Source: Octopus sinensis (taxonomy: Eukaryota). Taken from it: a DNA stretch of 64,000 nucleotides. Location of the stretch: assembly GCF_006345805.1 (NCBI RefSeq), contig NC_043008.1, positions 52,948,001 through 53,012,000 of the forward strand, given 5' to 3'. Position numbers and translations under genes: made by a program. This document shows, one piece after another, positions 37,401 to 51,600 of the stretch. Position 1 is the stretch's first letter, and the number at the start of each line of letters is the position of its first letter. A model generated the notes under the pieces. The model was not told the origin of the DNA, did not search any database, and saw only the letters and a list, made by a program, of their open reading frames with translations.

Positions 37401-39854
37401 ATGACATAAAATCATTGATATAATTATTATTATTGTCATCATCTTCCACCGGATTGTCATTCTCTGGAAATATCAGTGATATTTGAGTAGGTAGCTGGTT
37501 ATAATTTTGATTCGAAGTAAATAATTGTTTTAGTATGTTTGTCGAAAGGACGGATTTTGCATTTGTTTGTAAGTTTCTCACCGGGTTTGAATTTACTAAA
37601 TTTTTTTCAAAAGATTTGTTATCACGATAATAATTTTCCCTTTGTGTGTCCCCTGAACCAACATTCTGGTAGTTCAGTCCTCCAGACTCTGGAAATAACT
37701 GTTTGTATTTCCTTTCCTTTGAATTATTTTCTCTCGGTAAAAGCAGCATCGGTAACTCATTTCTGACAGTATTTTTCGCGCTTTCCCTAAACCCTATTTT
37801 AGATGTTGTTGGGTGAAAATCATTTTTATACGAGTAAAGTTTATTTCCATCATTATAATTCAGAGAACTACTCTTTCTTTGTTGATTCAGAGACTGATCT
37901 AATCTATTCCTTTGTTCTAGTAAGGATTTGACCAAACTATTAGATTCGGAGTGGCTATCCTCTATATCATGTTTCAAAGAATTTCTGCTGATGTAATGAG
38001 TGGGATTTTTCTTTAAAATATTTTCGGAGTCATTACTCTTGAAAACAGGAGTGTTTGTTGTTAAATTATCTTCGAGGTGCGTATAATATTTCGAAAAGAT
38101 TTCCTTAGTTATTGCTCCATTGGAGTTCGAAGACATTTTTAACGATTTATCAAACTGTAAATGATTGCTAAGATTAGGATTTAATACTATTTCAGAGGAA
38201 TTCTCTGTCACAATCGAAGTTTGTTTAGAATCTTTCAAAGAATTTATAATTTTATTGCTATGATCTTTGACAATACCACTTAAGTGTGTTGTAGTTTCTG
38301 AATTTCCATAAGAAGAATGAGATTTTAATCCTCCAATTATTCCATTATTGTCTATTGTGTTATTTATATTAGGTAAGTATGTATTTTCAGAAAGGCTTGA
38401 ATTAACCAGTAACGCATTAGATTCATTGTATATTTTACAGTTCAGATCAGTATCGTTGCAACTTATTAAAGTCTGTACGTCTTCTATTTCCTTTTGAGTT
38501 TGGTTTGATATCAAAGGAAAAAGTTCACTACTAACTCGAGCATCTGTTGTGTTTCCTGAGATAAATCTGTGGTCATCAGATACAATACGATGGTCTGTGT
38601 TTGCTTGAGCTCCAGCTGAAGATTCGGAGTCATTTCCGTTATTTGATTTCACTGCATTACTTTTAGTTTTGGTTCTCTGTTCCCAGCGAATAATATCCTT
38701 TGCTATCAACGACGATAGTAACTCTGTCTGGTTTGGCAGGTTTGGTGGATATGTTTTATCGATTCTATCAAGTAATATCGATTCCCCAGTCTTTTGTAAG
38801 AGTTCGTCTGAAGTACTGTATAAGTTACCTGATGGCAACACATTTTCCTTATCGTCTTCAACATTCTTGATGCCATAATCAATGGTAGTCTTCGAACTAA
38901 AATACATCTTTGAATTTTTTTTGTTCCCAGGTAAAACCGTAATATAATTATTACCAGTTGTCGTTTTTTCAGTGTCACCGAATTGCCAGAGTTTGTCTTG
39001 GTTTTCTGATATTTGTTTGGTTACTTTTACATTCTGAATAGTCGTCTCATTGCCAGAATCGTTGCCTGAAGATCGTTCCCGTTTATTGAGATGCTTTTCA
39101 TATAAAGATTCTGTTGATTGATTGGGTGAGGAGTTTCTTACTTCTTCTTCATCATTTATCACATCCTTCATATCTAAAAAGATAATATCATTGACCCCAT
39201 GTAAATTCGTAGAAGATTTTGTCATTTCTTTCTGTAAACGTTCGGATTCTTGACCATGGATTTCTATTTCGGCCAATTTTGTCGTGTCGGAGTTTTGGTC
39301 GGCAATTTCCTTAGTGGATCTCACGACATTCCAACTGGTTGGAGTAAACGTTTTAATGTTTTCACGGGGCTTTGTTCGAGTGGTCGGACGAATATTATGG
39401 TTTGAAATTTTTGGAGCTTTAAATTGTGTGTAAGGGTTATTTATAATTTTTGTTTTCTTAACCATTTTTGGATATTTCCTTTCTTTAAAAGAATTGGATT
39501 CTGATAATTTAGTTTTCAGTTTATCGTCAGCAAGATTGTTCTCATTATTCCAATAAGTAATTTCGTTGTTTTTAACTTCCATTGGCAAATTCTGAACCTT
39601 TGATTGTTTTTGTCTGTATTTTGACTTCCTTTTAACTTTGATTTGATCAAATGTCATTTCTCGTTTGCCTTGTACACAATTAACCATTCGGGGCCAGTTA
39701 CAAACGAATGTAAAATGATCAAAGAAAAGGCCTTTTGGACAAATTTTCGGAAAAGGAACCCACATGTAGCAATGATAAAAAATATCGCAGTTGTACGGAT
39801 CACTCATAAAACCGAAAGCCGATTCACATTTTACCGTAGATTTCTGCACCACTC
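34348..39854 (-). CDS. Chitin-binding secreted protein, large 3' coding exon (second CBM14 plus N/S/T-rich tail)
   Basis: Poly-pyrimidine TTCTAG acceptor at 39856-39855; frame open for 1834 codons in AT-rich DNA; CESAFG...NCDIFYHC...ICPKGLFFD...CNWPRMVNC is a six-Cys peritrophin-A pattern (39676-39828); stop TAG at 34348-34350. An undetected splice donor before the stop cannot be excluded. Confidence 0.88.
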
Positions 39855-40407
39855 CTAGAATAAAAAACAAAAAACAAAACAAAACAATAATAACGTATTC
39901 AAAAATGAAGTAATTTATATGAAGATATTTTTATCTATAAATGATTATTTTTACTCGATCTTAAGTTGTTTACGTTGATTACGCTTTTAACGAACAGCTA
40001 CTTAACCAATTCTTGTGAGAAAATTATGTTACATTGTTAAGCTTTATCGATCTACAATAGAATTGATTTCTCGTATTAGCACAGTCTTTTTTAAATGGTT
40101 ATTTTTTTTTTAATGACTTAGTCGTACGAAGAAGCTTTTGCAGAGCTTCCAGGAATGGTGGCGGCGGCGGTGTAGAAAATGCCAACCTGAAATTAGAGAA
40201 CTGGCCGGAATGTTTCCCACAAGGTAAATTCCGCTAAAGACATCCAGTGACAAGGTGGTAGGGTTTAACCGGACGAGACTTCTTGAGGAGGTGAAGGGTG
40301 CAACCTCTGCTATTTAATTACTGACATTTGTGCAAAACTCAATAAATTAATTACCAAATTATAGATTATTGAATCATTAAAAGAAAAGAGAAACAAACGA
40401 TAATAAC

Positions 40408-40851
40408 CTTCATCCTGTTGATTTCCTTTCAACGAAGAAAATGTATCTGTGTCAACATCTCCGGAAAATTCAGCTCCCAACTGATTATCATCTTTGGAAA
40501 CGCCGCCGTTCGTGCGTTGAAGAACATCATTACTACTAAATGGTAACAGTTCTTCATTTTCATCTTGAAAGCTGTTGGATTTATAAGGTCTTATATCAAA
40601 TGGGTCTAAAACATTTCTATTGTCTTCAAATTGTAGATATTCACTGTCGACTTTGGAATTTTGGCAAGGAACCAAGGCAGGCCAGTTACATATCTTATGG
40701 CGAGGATCAAACCGGAGTTCAGGAGGACAGGACTTTGAATAATACCTTCCACCCGAAAGGCAGTGGAAATATCTTTTACAGTTGTTAGGGTCTGGAATAA
40801 GGGAGTTAAACACACCTGGGGGACAAACGAAAGCAGTAACATGTAGAAATC
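40408..40851 (-). CDS. Chitin-binding secreted protein, exon with signal-peptide end and first CBM14
   Basis: TTTCAG acceptor at 40853-40852; reads xFLHVTA-FVCPPG...NNCKRYFHCLSGG...SCPPELRFD...ICNWPALVPC (six Cys, 40664-40825); phase-1 donor GAAG|GTTATT at 40408/40407 joins the phase-1 acceptor at 39854 in frame (553-bp intron). Confidence 0.88.
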
Positions 40852-40963
40852 CTGAAATGAGAAAACAAATGTTTTGTTAGTAATAACGCAATTTAATTTC
40901 GCATTATTTTATTAAACTAGGAAAAAAGAGAGTAACGCCATTTTGCCTGGTTTAATAATTTAG

Positions 40964-41102
40964 ATTTGTAAAAATATTTTTGTTGCTTTGAGACCGCGAC
41001 CCGTTCACTGACAAAGCTTCGTGCTGCATCTCTGAGATGCAGCACGAAGTTTTGTCAGTGAACGGGTCGCGGTCTCAAAGCGACGAAAATATTTTGACAA
41101 AT
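40964..41102. repeat. Near-perfect palindrome with 1-nt centre
   Basis: 40985-41032 pairs with 41034-41081 (48 bp, one mismatch) around T41033; pairing extends to 69-bp arms with four mismatches. Confidence 0.95.
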
Positions 41103-42301
41103 TAAACTTAAATGTTGAAGTGAATCTAACGGTTTTTGTGTGTTTCCTAAATGACTTATAAACACCGTCCATGCGGCAATTGTTTTCGTTCCAGCACACG
41201 ATTTCAGATCAAGTCACTCGCTATGCAAGTACATCTCAATAATTTACAATGTTAAATCAAATCCTTTTGCATATTTAATTTAGTGTACCTAGGTTCCGAG
41301 TTCAAATATCAACGCAACTGATTTTGCCTTTCATTCGTTTGGTAGTGATAAAATAAATACTCTTTACTCGTTTCAGTCATGTGACTGTGGCCATGCTGGA
41401 GCACCGCCTTAAGTCGAGCAAATCGACACCAGGAAACAGGAAGAAAGAGTGAGAGAAAGTTGTAGCGAAAGAGTACAACAGGGGTCGCCACCACCCCTGC
41501 CGGAGCCTCGTGGAACTTTAGGTGTTTTCGCTCAATAATCACACACAACACCCGGTCTGGGAATCGAAACCGCGATCCTCCGACAGCGAGTCCGCTGCCC
41601 TAACCATTGGGCCATTGTGCCTCCACGCTGCTGGTGCCTATAGTAAAACGGATAATTATCATCAGTATTATGAAGGTGAGATAGGTCAATCGTTATTACG
41701 TCGGTTAAGTTGCTTATCTGCATTATTCCCAGCTCTTTACATTCCGAATTCAAATACCGCCGAGGTGACCTTTGCCCTTTAACCTTTCGGGAGTCAATAA
41801 AACAAGTACCAGTGGAGCATACATTTATCCTTCTCACCTTTAAATTTGCTGACCTTGAACCAAAATTAGAAGGGATTATTGTATTACTTTTTATAATTTA
41901 CTTGTTTCTCTCACTGGACTACAGCCATGTCGGAGCACCGTCTTGAGGGGTCGAGTCGAGCACATCGACTTTTTTTAACGCTTAGTACTTATTCCATCAG
42001 TCTCTTTTTGCTAAATCGCTAAGTTACTGGAGCGCAAACAAACATGTTACGATTGTCAAGCAGTGGTGGTGGTGGTGGTGGTGGTGGTGGTGGTGGGGCA
42101 AACACAAAGTCACACAGACGCGCCCCACCCATCCACATACACACACACACACACACACAGATATTCGACGGGCTTCTTTCAGTTTCCGCCTGCCAAATCT
42201 ACTCGTAAGGTTTTGGTCAACCTGGAGCTGCAGTAGAGGACACTTGTGCAAGGTGCCATGCAGTGGGACTGAACCCGGAACCATGTGGCTGAGAAGCAAA
42301 C

Positions 42302-42394
<93 letters not shown>

Positions 42395-42396
42395 TG

Positions 42397-42860
42397 TAAG
42401 GCGGCGAGCTGGCAGAATCGTATCGTCGTCAGCAAGCTGGACGAAATGCTTGGTATTTCGTCTGCCGCTACGTTCTGAGTTCAAATTCCGCCGAGGTCGA
42501 CTTTGCCTGTCATCCTTTCGGAGTCGATAGATTAAGTACCTATTTCTTTATTACCCACAAAGGGCTAAACACAGAGGGGACAAACAAGGACAGACATAGG
42601 TATTAAGTCGATTACATCGACCCCAGTGCGTAACTGGTACTTAATTTATCGACCCCGAAAGGATGAAAGGCAAAGTCGACCTCGGCGGAATTTGAACTCA
42701 GAACGTAATGGCAGACGAAATACGGCTACGCATTTCACCCGACGTGCTACCGTTTCTGCCAGTTCGCCGCCCTTAGATTAAGTGCCAGTTACGCACTGGG
42801 GTCGACGCAATCGACTTACTCGTTCCTCGAAATTGCTGGCCTTGTGCCAAAAATTGAAAT
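42397..42860. mobile_element. SINE-B (minus, 42541-42774) nested in SINE-B (plus)
   Basis: The plus copy is interrupted after AGATTAAGTACC (42529-42540) and resumes at AGATTAAGTGCC (42775-42786), a 12-bp TSD with one mismatch. Confidence 0.8.
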
Positions 42861-43171
42861 AATAATAATTATTATTATCTGTATTCCACGGCCAATGTCA
42901 TCAAAATGTCAGTGAAAGTGTTTTTCCACAGAAACTGGAAACGTTAATTGTATAATTACTTAACATTCTCCTTGAAAAAAAAAACAAAACAAAAAAACTA
43001 GCCAGACATTTTGATTGATAAAAATCATTATTGTATTTTATCAATAGACGTTCTAGACATTTATGATTGATCTGAGAATTTAAGTAGGTAAGTTTCTTAA
43101 TTCTCTCACGTAAAGTATTTGGTCGTAATGAGGAAACCTTCTATGTCGAGTCGTGCAAAGTAGTTTCAAGT

Positions 43172-43271
43172 NNNNNNNNNNNNNNNNNNNNNNNNNNNNN
43201 NNNNNNNNNNNNNNNNNNNNNNNNNNNNNNNNNNNNNNNNNNNNNNNNNNNNNNNNNNNNNNNNNNNNNNN
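43172..43271. other. Assembly gap (100 N)
   Basis: Run of N; true length unknown. Confidence 1.
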
Positions 43272-43941
43272 AGTTCAAATTCCGCCGAGGTTGACTTTGC
43301 CTTTCATCCTTTCGGGGTCGATTAAATAAGTGCCAGTTACGCAGCGGGGTCGATACAATCGGCTTAATCTGTTTGTCTGTCCTTGTTTGTCCTCTCTGTG
43401 TTTAGCCCCTTGTGGGTAGTAAAGAAACAGGTATCTCGTCTGCCGCTCCGTTCTGAGTTCAAATTCCGCTGAGGTTGACTTTGCTTTTCATTCTTTCGGG
43501 GGTCGATAAGTACCAGTTACGTACAGGGGTCAATGTAATCGACTTAATCCCTTTGTCTGTCCTTGTTTGTCCACTCCGTGTTTATCCCCCTTATGGGCAA
43601 TAAATAAATAACATATTTATCCGAGTTAATGTTTCCGTCATACTCCACCAACTCTATTTCCATCATGCTCCCCAGACCATCACAGAATAGCCGCTTTGTT
43701 TCATTGTTGGCAGTAATTTGTAGAAAGCAGGATCTCAAGGTTTTCTGTGATTTTACGCTAAGTCCGCCTTCAGATTGACACACAATACGGGCTTTTTAAA
43801 ATTTGGGAAAATTACAAGGCTTCTTTTGTACGTGGCATGTTTAAAAGGCGGTGCTCCAGCATGGCCACAGTCAGATGACTGAAACAAGTAAAAGAATGAA
43901 AGAGTAAACAGTCACATATTAACCTGAAACGTAATATTATT

Positions 43942-44025
<84 letters not shown>

Positions 44026-44114
44026 TAGGGAGAATTCATTAAAAAACAAGACGAAGGCAGGTGGTGTAGACAACAAACAGATGTATTAGTATAACGCTCG
44101 GGAAGTGAGAAACT

Positions 44115-44150
44115 CTTTTACGTTTCGAGCCGACGCTCTTCCACATAAAG
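44115..44150 (-). ncRNA. Minimal type-I hammerhead-like motif, same family as 33468
   Basis: Minus strand CTTT / ATGTGGA / A / GAGC-GTCG-GCTC / GAAA-CG-TA / AAAG. The downstream 90 nt align with 33504-33595, and both end at a (TA)n tract. Confidence 0.45.
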
Positions 44151-44534
44151 GAATGCAAATATGATGGAATCTCCCATTTCAGCTTTTGCTGAATGACTAC
44201 AATTGATTTCTTTACAATTATCGAATATGTGTGTTGCCCATTGGTTCACTCCCGTCATCAAATCGTTGTGTAAACAGGTGCACGGAGTCAAACGTCAGAT
44301 GTTGAAGTGATCGCAGATTAGCGTGAAATGAAGTGTTTTGCTCAAGAACGCAATACACCACCCAGTTCAGGAATTGAAACTGCAACCTTGCCATCGTGAG
44401 TGCAATACTCTAAATACTAGTCCAAGCGCCGTCACACATACATATAGAGACACACGCGTGTGTGTAATAATGCGCTTATCTTATAGAATACTAAGATGCC
44501 CTATATTGTGCTAATATGCAAAAAAAAATAACTA

Positions 44535-44866
44535 TGAAGTCGCATGGCTCAGTGGTTAGATCATCAGGGTACAATCATGAGTTAGTAAGTTCGATTCTCG
44601 CACCGGGCTGTACGTTATGTTCTTGAGCAAGACACTTTATTTTGCGTTGCTCCAGTTCACTCAGCTGTAGAAATTAGTTGCGACGTCACAGGTGCCAAGC
44701 TGTATCGGCCCCTTTGCTTTTCCTTTGGATAACATCAGTGGCATGGACAGAGGGAGTCTGGTATGCATGGGCGATTGCTGATCTTCCATAACCAATCTTG
44801 CCCGGACTTGTGCCTCAGAGGGGAACTTTCTATGTCCAATCTCATAGTCAGTCATTACCGAATGGT
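44535..44866 (+). mobile_element. tRNA-derived SINE (additional family)
   Basis: A-box-like TGGCTCAGTGGTTAG, B-box-like AGTTCGATTCTC, then TTCTTGAGCAAGACACTT core-like segment. Confidence 0.65.
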
Positions 44867-45246
44867 GACGTCCTGTACCCATATATGTATGTATATATGT
44901 GTGGGGGTGTAGGTGTGTGTGTATTATATATTTTTCTTATATATGTGTGCGTGTGTGTGTGTGTGTTGTGTGTGTGTGTGTGTGTGTGTGTATGTTTATA
45001 CGTTGTAACCAGTTAATAAAGCAAGCGAGGCCACATCTCAGTAAGTGGTGAGGGGAGCAATAATGCCGTCTAGCGGAACGCCCCGAAACTGCGCGCACTC
45101 TCCTGGTGACCCCATAAGCTTGCTCGCATCTGATATGCGGAGCTTTCAACTGCTAACATTTGCATCTGTAAGTTGCTTCCAAAAAAAATAATAATAATGA
45201 TAATAATAATATACACATAAATCCGTATATGTGTATACATGTGCAG

Positions 45247-46430
<1,184 letters not shown>

Positions 46431-47139
46431 ATCTCTATGTTCCTATATATCTCTTCATTTCGCTATCTAACTATATGTATGTATGTGTGTGTGTGTGTGT
46501 GTGTGTGCATTCTCTTGGTTATCTAGCTATCTATTTTTATATATCAATGCAGTGATTATTTAGGCGGCGAGCTGGCAGAAATGTTAGCAGGCCGGTCGAA
46601 ATGTTTAGCGACATTTCTGAGTTCTGTGTTCAAATTCCGCCGGGGTCTACTTTTCCTTGCATCATTTCTGGGTCGATAAATTAAGTACCAGTTGCTCCCC
46701 TCCCCTAAAATTTCCGGCCTTGTGCCTAGAGAAGAAAAGAATATAGTGATTACAACTATCTATAAGTATATCTCCTCTCAATCGATTTACTCTGCGCCTC
46801 CCTCCCCCTCCTTACTCTTACACTCTATTGATTCTTTTTCTCTTTTCCTTTCTCTCTTTCACTTAACTTCCAATGTCTCTCTCGCTTTCTCCTCGCGTCT
46901 TTCTCCCTCTCTCTTCCTCCTCTCTCTCCCCTGCCTCCCCCCCTCTCTCTCTCTCACCAATATGCCACACGTGCATAATGCTTTCTGTATAAAAGCACAT
47001 AATACTCAGACGAATACAGGTGTTTGTCTTCTTGTGGGAAAGAGAGCGATGTGAGTTTGCGAGTTTGCGTTCATTAGTATTTGCTTCTATTGTTGAGTTG
47101 AGTTGGGTTGGGTTGAGTTGTGACTCCCCCCTTCGGTCA

Positions 47140-47712
47140 TAAATGACCATCATCATCATCATTGTTCGACCGTGGTCGAGACAATGGAATTTACCATGTT
47201 GCGCCAGACTTCACGGTCCATCATAGCATTACGGAGGACCTGTTGCTGGATGCCTGTATCCCTGGAGATTACATCAGAGTAGGAGAGTGTGCGCCCTCTG
47301 GTGTTGCGAGTAGATGGCTTCCAGAGGAGAAGAGTAGAAATTACTTCTTTTTCAGCTCTACAACAATGTCCAGCAAACTGGACTCTCCTACCTTTCACAA
47401 GAGATGACACAGGTGGTAATTTCCCATATATTTGCATTTTAGTTGGATGGCGCCTCCACGAGAGATTTTGAGCTCTCATAAGGAGGCGAGTGTAGGTTCC
47501 ATCCAACCGCCTCTCAAGCTTCTTTGATAACGTCCAGGTTTCTGAGCCATATAGTAGGATTGGTTCGACTGTGGCTTTGAATATTTCAAGTTTGAAGTCT
47601 CTACTTAGATTTGATGGGATTGCACCTAGAAAGTTCCCCTCCGAGGCACATGTCCGGGCAAGGTTGTGTATGGAAGACCAACAATCGCCCATGCATACCA
47701 GCCTCTGAGATA
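47140..47712 (-). mobile_element. RTE/RTE-X-type LINE 3' fragment with (TGA)n tail
   Basis: 177-codon open frame KLEIFKATVEPILLYGSETWTLSKKLERRLDGTYTRLL...VQFAGHC...MMDREVWR, then stop and TGATGATGA. Confidence 0.85.
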
Positions 47713-48130
47713 AATTTGGTTGCTCTTTCTAGCAAATCTAGCAAACTGGCACAAAAAAGAACACAGTAAACTTCCATTGAGCAGTGAAAGATCTAACGTT
47801 TCGGTCAGAGTTCTTCTTCAAGGAGAGGTTGATAGAAGTCCGAACGTTGAAGTTTCCAATACTCACAACAAAGACACTGTTCGCTTTTTCGTCGTTATCA
47901 CCACACACTCATACACGCACACACACATGTGGGGAGTAGGGTGAGTGTGTGTGTGCGCGTGCGTGCGTATGTGTGTATGCGTGTGCGTGTCTCCGTGGGC
48001 GCGTTCCCCCAAAGTTTGTGCTATTCAGTTCGATCGCATTGTAGAAGTGTTCAGATTTCAAAAGCCTGTTATTGTATTTACAAGGCAAAAACCTCAACGG
48101 AATGGAAATCACATCAGCCGAGTGTAACCG

Positions 48131-48141
48131 ATAATAATAAC

Positions 48142-48184
<43 letters not shown>

Positions 48185-48343
48185 TAATAATAATAATAAT
48201 AATGATGATGATGATGATGATGATGATAATAATAATAATAATAATAATAATAATATAATAATAATGATAATGATGATGATGATGATAATAATAATAAAAT
48301 AATAATAATAATATAATAATAATATAATATAATAATGATGATG

Positions 48344-48377
<34 letters not shown>

Positions 48378-48472
48378 TGATGATGATGAGATGATGATGA
48401 TAATAATAATAATAATAATAATAATAATAGCAATAATAATAACAATAATAACAATAATATAATAATAGTAGC

Positions 48473-48504
<32 letters not shown>

Positions 48505-48615
48505 TAATAATAATAATAATAACAATAATAACAATAATATAATAATAATAATAATAACAATAACAATAATAATAATAATAATAACAATAATAACAATAAT
48601 AATAATAATAATAAC

Positions 48616-48651
<36 letters not shown>

Positions 48652-48676
48652 GATAATAACGATGATGATGATGATG

Positions 48677-48737
<61 letters not shown>

Positions 48738-48917
48738 TGATGATAATAATGATGATGAAGATGATGATAATAATAATAATAATAATAATAATGATAATAA
48801 TGATGATGAAGATGATGATAATAATAATAATAATAATAATAATGATGATAATAATAATGATAATAATAATAACAACAACAACAACAACAACAACAACAAC
48901 CACAACAACAATAATAA
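48131..48917. repeat. About 790-bp compound (AAT)n/(GAT)n/(AAC)n trinucleotide tract
   Basis: Seen directly; produces poly-I/L/N artefact ORFs. Confidence 0.95.
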
Positions 48918-50019
48918 TTCTATTGGAAATCGTTTACTTCCATTTTAAAACATTGAACTAAATTGATTTACGTTTAATTTTATAAGTAAACAGAAAGACA
49001 AATGAAATGAGGTTGCTGTCTTGTAAACTTGCAATTAACTAAAATGCAATTTAACTGTAGTAAGTTAAATTAAGGAGTTGTTTATGGAGTTGGTGTTTTT
49101 TTGTATCCGTTTTATATTTTCCATTTTTCTTAATTTTTGTTTTTTGTTTTTTGGTATCATGTGGAGGCGGTCGTGTTTCCCCAGTTTTCCGCGGAAATGA
49201 ATTTCAATTCATTGACCGCAAAGATGAGCTTCTTCCGTTCCTTTTATCGTTGCCATCTTGTGAAGCCGCGCGGTTGAGTGATTAGGGTATACGTCTCACG
49301 ATCGTGTGATCGTCAGCTCGATTCCTGGTGACGAGTTGTGTCTTAACGGAAATAAACCAAAAAAAACACCAAACCTTGTGAATGAAGTAAAGTAGACGGA
49401 AAGCATATTTTGCTTCAAACTCTGTATGGAATTTACATGATCTAGGTTAGTTGAGCTAAACCATCATTACGGTAAATACCACCACTTGACGTTAGGTTGT
49501 GGTTAGTGAAGATTACAAGGGTACGCCGCCTTCTTTAACTCCATTACATGATACTTGTGTATTTCACAGAGTTCACAAGATAGGCATAAAACCACTATTC
49601 AGTTTAACATATCACCTGGCCCTTGGGTACCAGTAAGACAGGCCACTTTGTAGCAAATATTCAAACTATGTCACCGGTCAGAGGGTTCCTTCTAACCGTT
49701 CTCCTTACTAAACGCTATTTTATAATAATGGGTGCTATCATTTCTACTTTAAACTACTATAAAATTATAAATTTATTGCTGTTCTTTAGTTTATACTATG
49801 CAGAAAATATAACGATTGGTACCACTGCTTGGCATCTTACGCAAGTGAATTTTTCCTTAGACACGACTCCTTTCAGACGAGTCCCTAACCGATGAACTGC
49901 AACATAGAACGTGACCTCAGTAGCTTTCACAAGCAGTAACGTTTCTTCAAAATACTCAGCAGGTCTTCAGATGATGCTTAAGAAGGTCATTGCGGTTTTG
50001 GCCCTATCATCGTCATCAT

Positions 50020-50052
50020 TACTACAACCAATAGTGATGGTGGTGGTTGTGA

Positions 50053-50094
<42 letters not shown>

Positions 50095-50237
50095 ACAACA
50101 ACTACTATTACTATTACTACTACTACTACTACTATTACTACTACTACTACTACTACTACTATTACTATTACTACTACTACAACTACTATTACTATTACTA
50201 CTACTACTACTACTACTAATAATAATAATAATAATGC

Positions 50238-50269
<32 letters not shown>

Positions 50270-50474
50270 TTGATGTTATATAATTGAACTTTCATTACAT
50301 TCGTATTAACCTTTAAAAGAAATCAATAATAACCCTGTATAAACACTACTTTATACATACATTAATGGTGTATGTAAGTATATGTGTGTAGAAACGTATG
50401 TATATATATATATATATGTATGTAAGTAAGTATATATATATATGTATGTAAGTATACACATGTATGTATGTATG

Positions 50475-50572
<98 letters not shown>

Positions 50573-50590
50573 TATAAATACGTATACATG
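50020..50590. repeat. (TAC)n/(AAT)n/(GAT)n and (TA)n microsatellites
   Basis: Seen directly. Confidence 0.9.
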
Positions 50591-51600
50591 CTAGAATACA
50601 TGTATACATAAACGTATGAGTGTGTGTGTGCATGTGTCTGAGTGTGTGTTTACGTATGTGCATGTGGATATCTCTAAAAGAGATTACCTGGAGTACAGAC
50701 AAATTAACAATGCAAGATTTAAGCAAAATTGTGATTTCTCAGCAAAATATATAAAGTGGCGTACAGTTGTCTCCCCTGCAAAACAAAATATTTTTGTGGC
50801 CATTTTTCTGTAGAATTTCTTTAGTTATGAAATACTGCCAATTGCACGTGTTAACCCGTGAAACACTCAAGTCCCTACACTATATTACATAAAAACGCAT
50901 GTTTTTCGTTTTTCTTTACAAATCATCAAAACCTGAGTAGTAGCATAAGACTTCGTGAGAGGAAATATAATCATACTCCACACCATGTATTGAGTACAAT
51001 TGCACTGTTAAATAATTTATGGACGCACATTCATACACTCACGCACGCATGCACAGATACGCTAACTCATACTCAATATTGTACTGTATATTGTGTCATA
51101 TATCGTAAATTTTAAATTCAACGCAAATTTTCCTTTGCGTTTTTGAGAAGATAATTTGTTGCAATTCTGTAAAAGGAAGGGAGATAATTTCAAGAAAGCA
51201 AGTCTTCTACGATTTCATTAATATATTTACGGGGAAAGACGAGATGGCAGATTATTTAGAACGCTGGGCAAAAGTTATTAACGTTTCGTCCGGCTTTACT
51301 TTCTGAGTTCAAATTCCATCGAGTTCGACTTTGCCTTTTATCTTTCGGTGGTCGATAAAATAAATACTAGTTGAACACAGGGGTCGAATAATTGATTTTC
51401 TCCCCCCCCCCGCCAAAAAAAAATGCTGGCCTTGTACTAAAATATAAATTCAATATATTTAAGAGAAAAAAATAGTGGTCAATATTTCGCGTGGGAACAG
51501 CGATGGGCAACTGTTTTCGTTCCATTTTGGTGTCATCAGGTTTTCTGAAGAAACGCAATCACGAAAGAAAGTAGGACTAAACACTAGACAAACCATAAAC

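Noticed and set aside
34637-38978. Short antisense or alternate-frame ORFs within the 5.5-kb exon
   Set aside because: Expected by-products of a long biased ORF; no independent signals.
39855-39882. Apparent signal peptide MFCFLFFILG at the start of the 1844-aa ORF
   Set aside because: It is the translated poly-pyrimidine tract of the intron; the exon starts at 39854.
47790-47830. Minus-strand TTGAAGA...GAAACGTT hammerhead remnant
   Set aside because: Neither stem I nor stem II pairs adequately.
49930-49980. Minus-strand CTGAAGA...GAAACGTT
   Set aside because: Core words are present, but stem II has no pairing and stem I has only one proximal pair.
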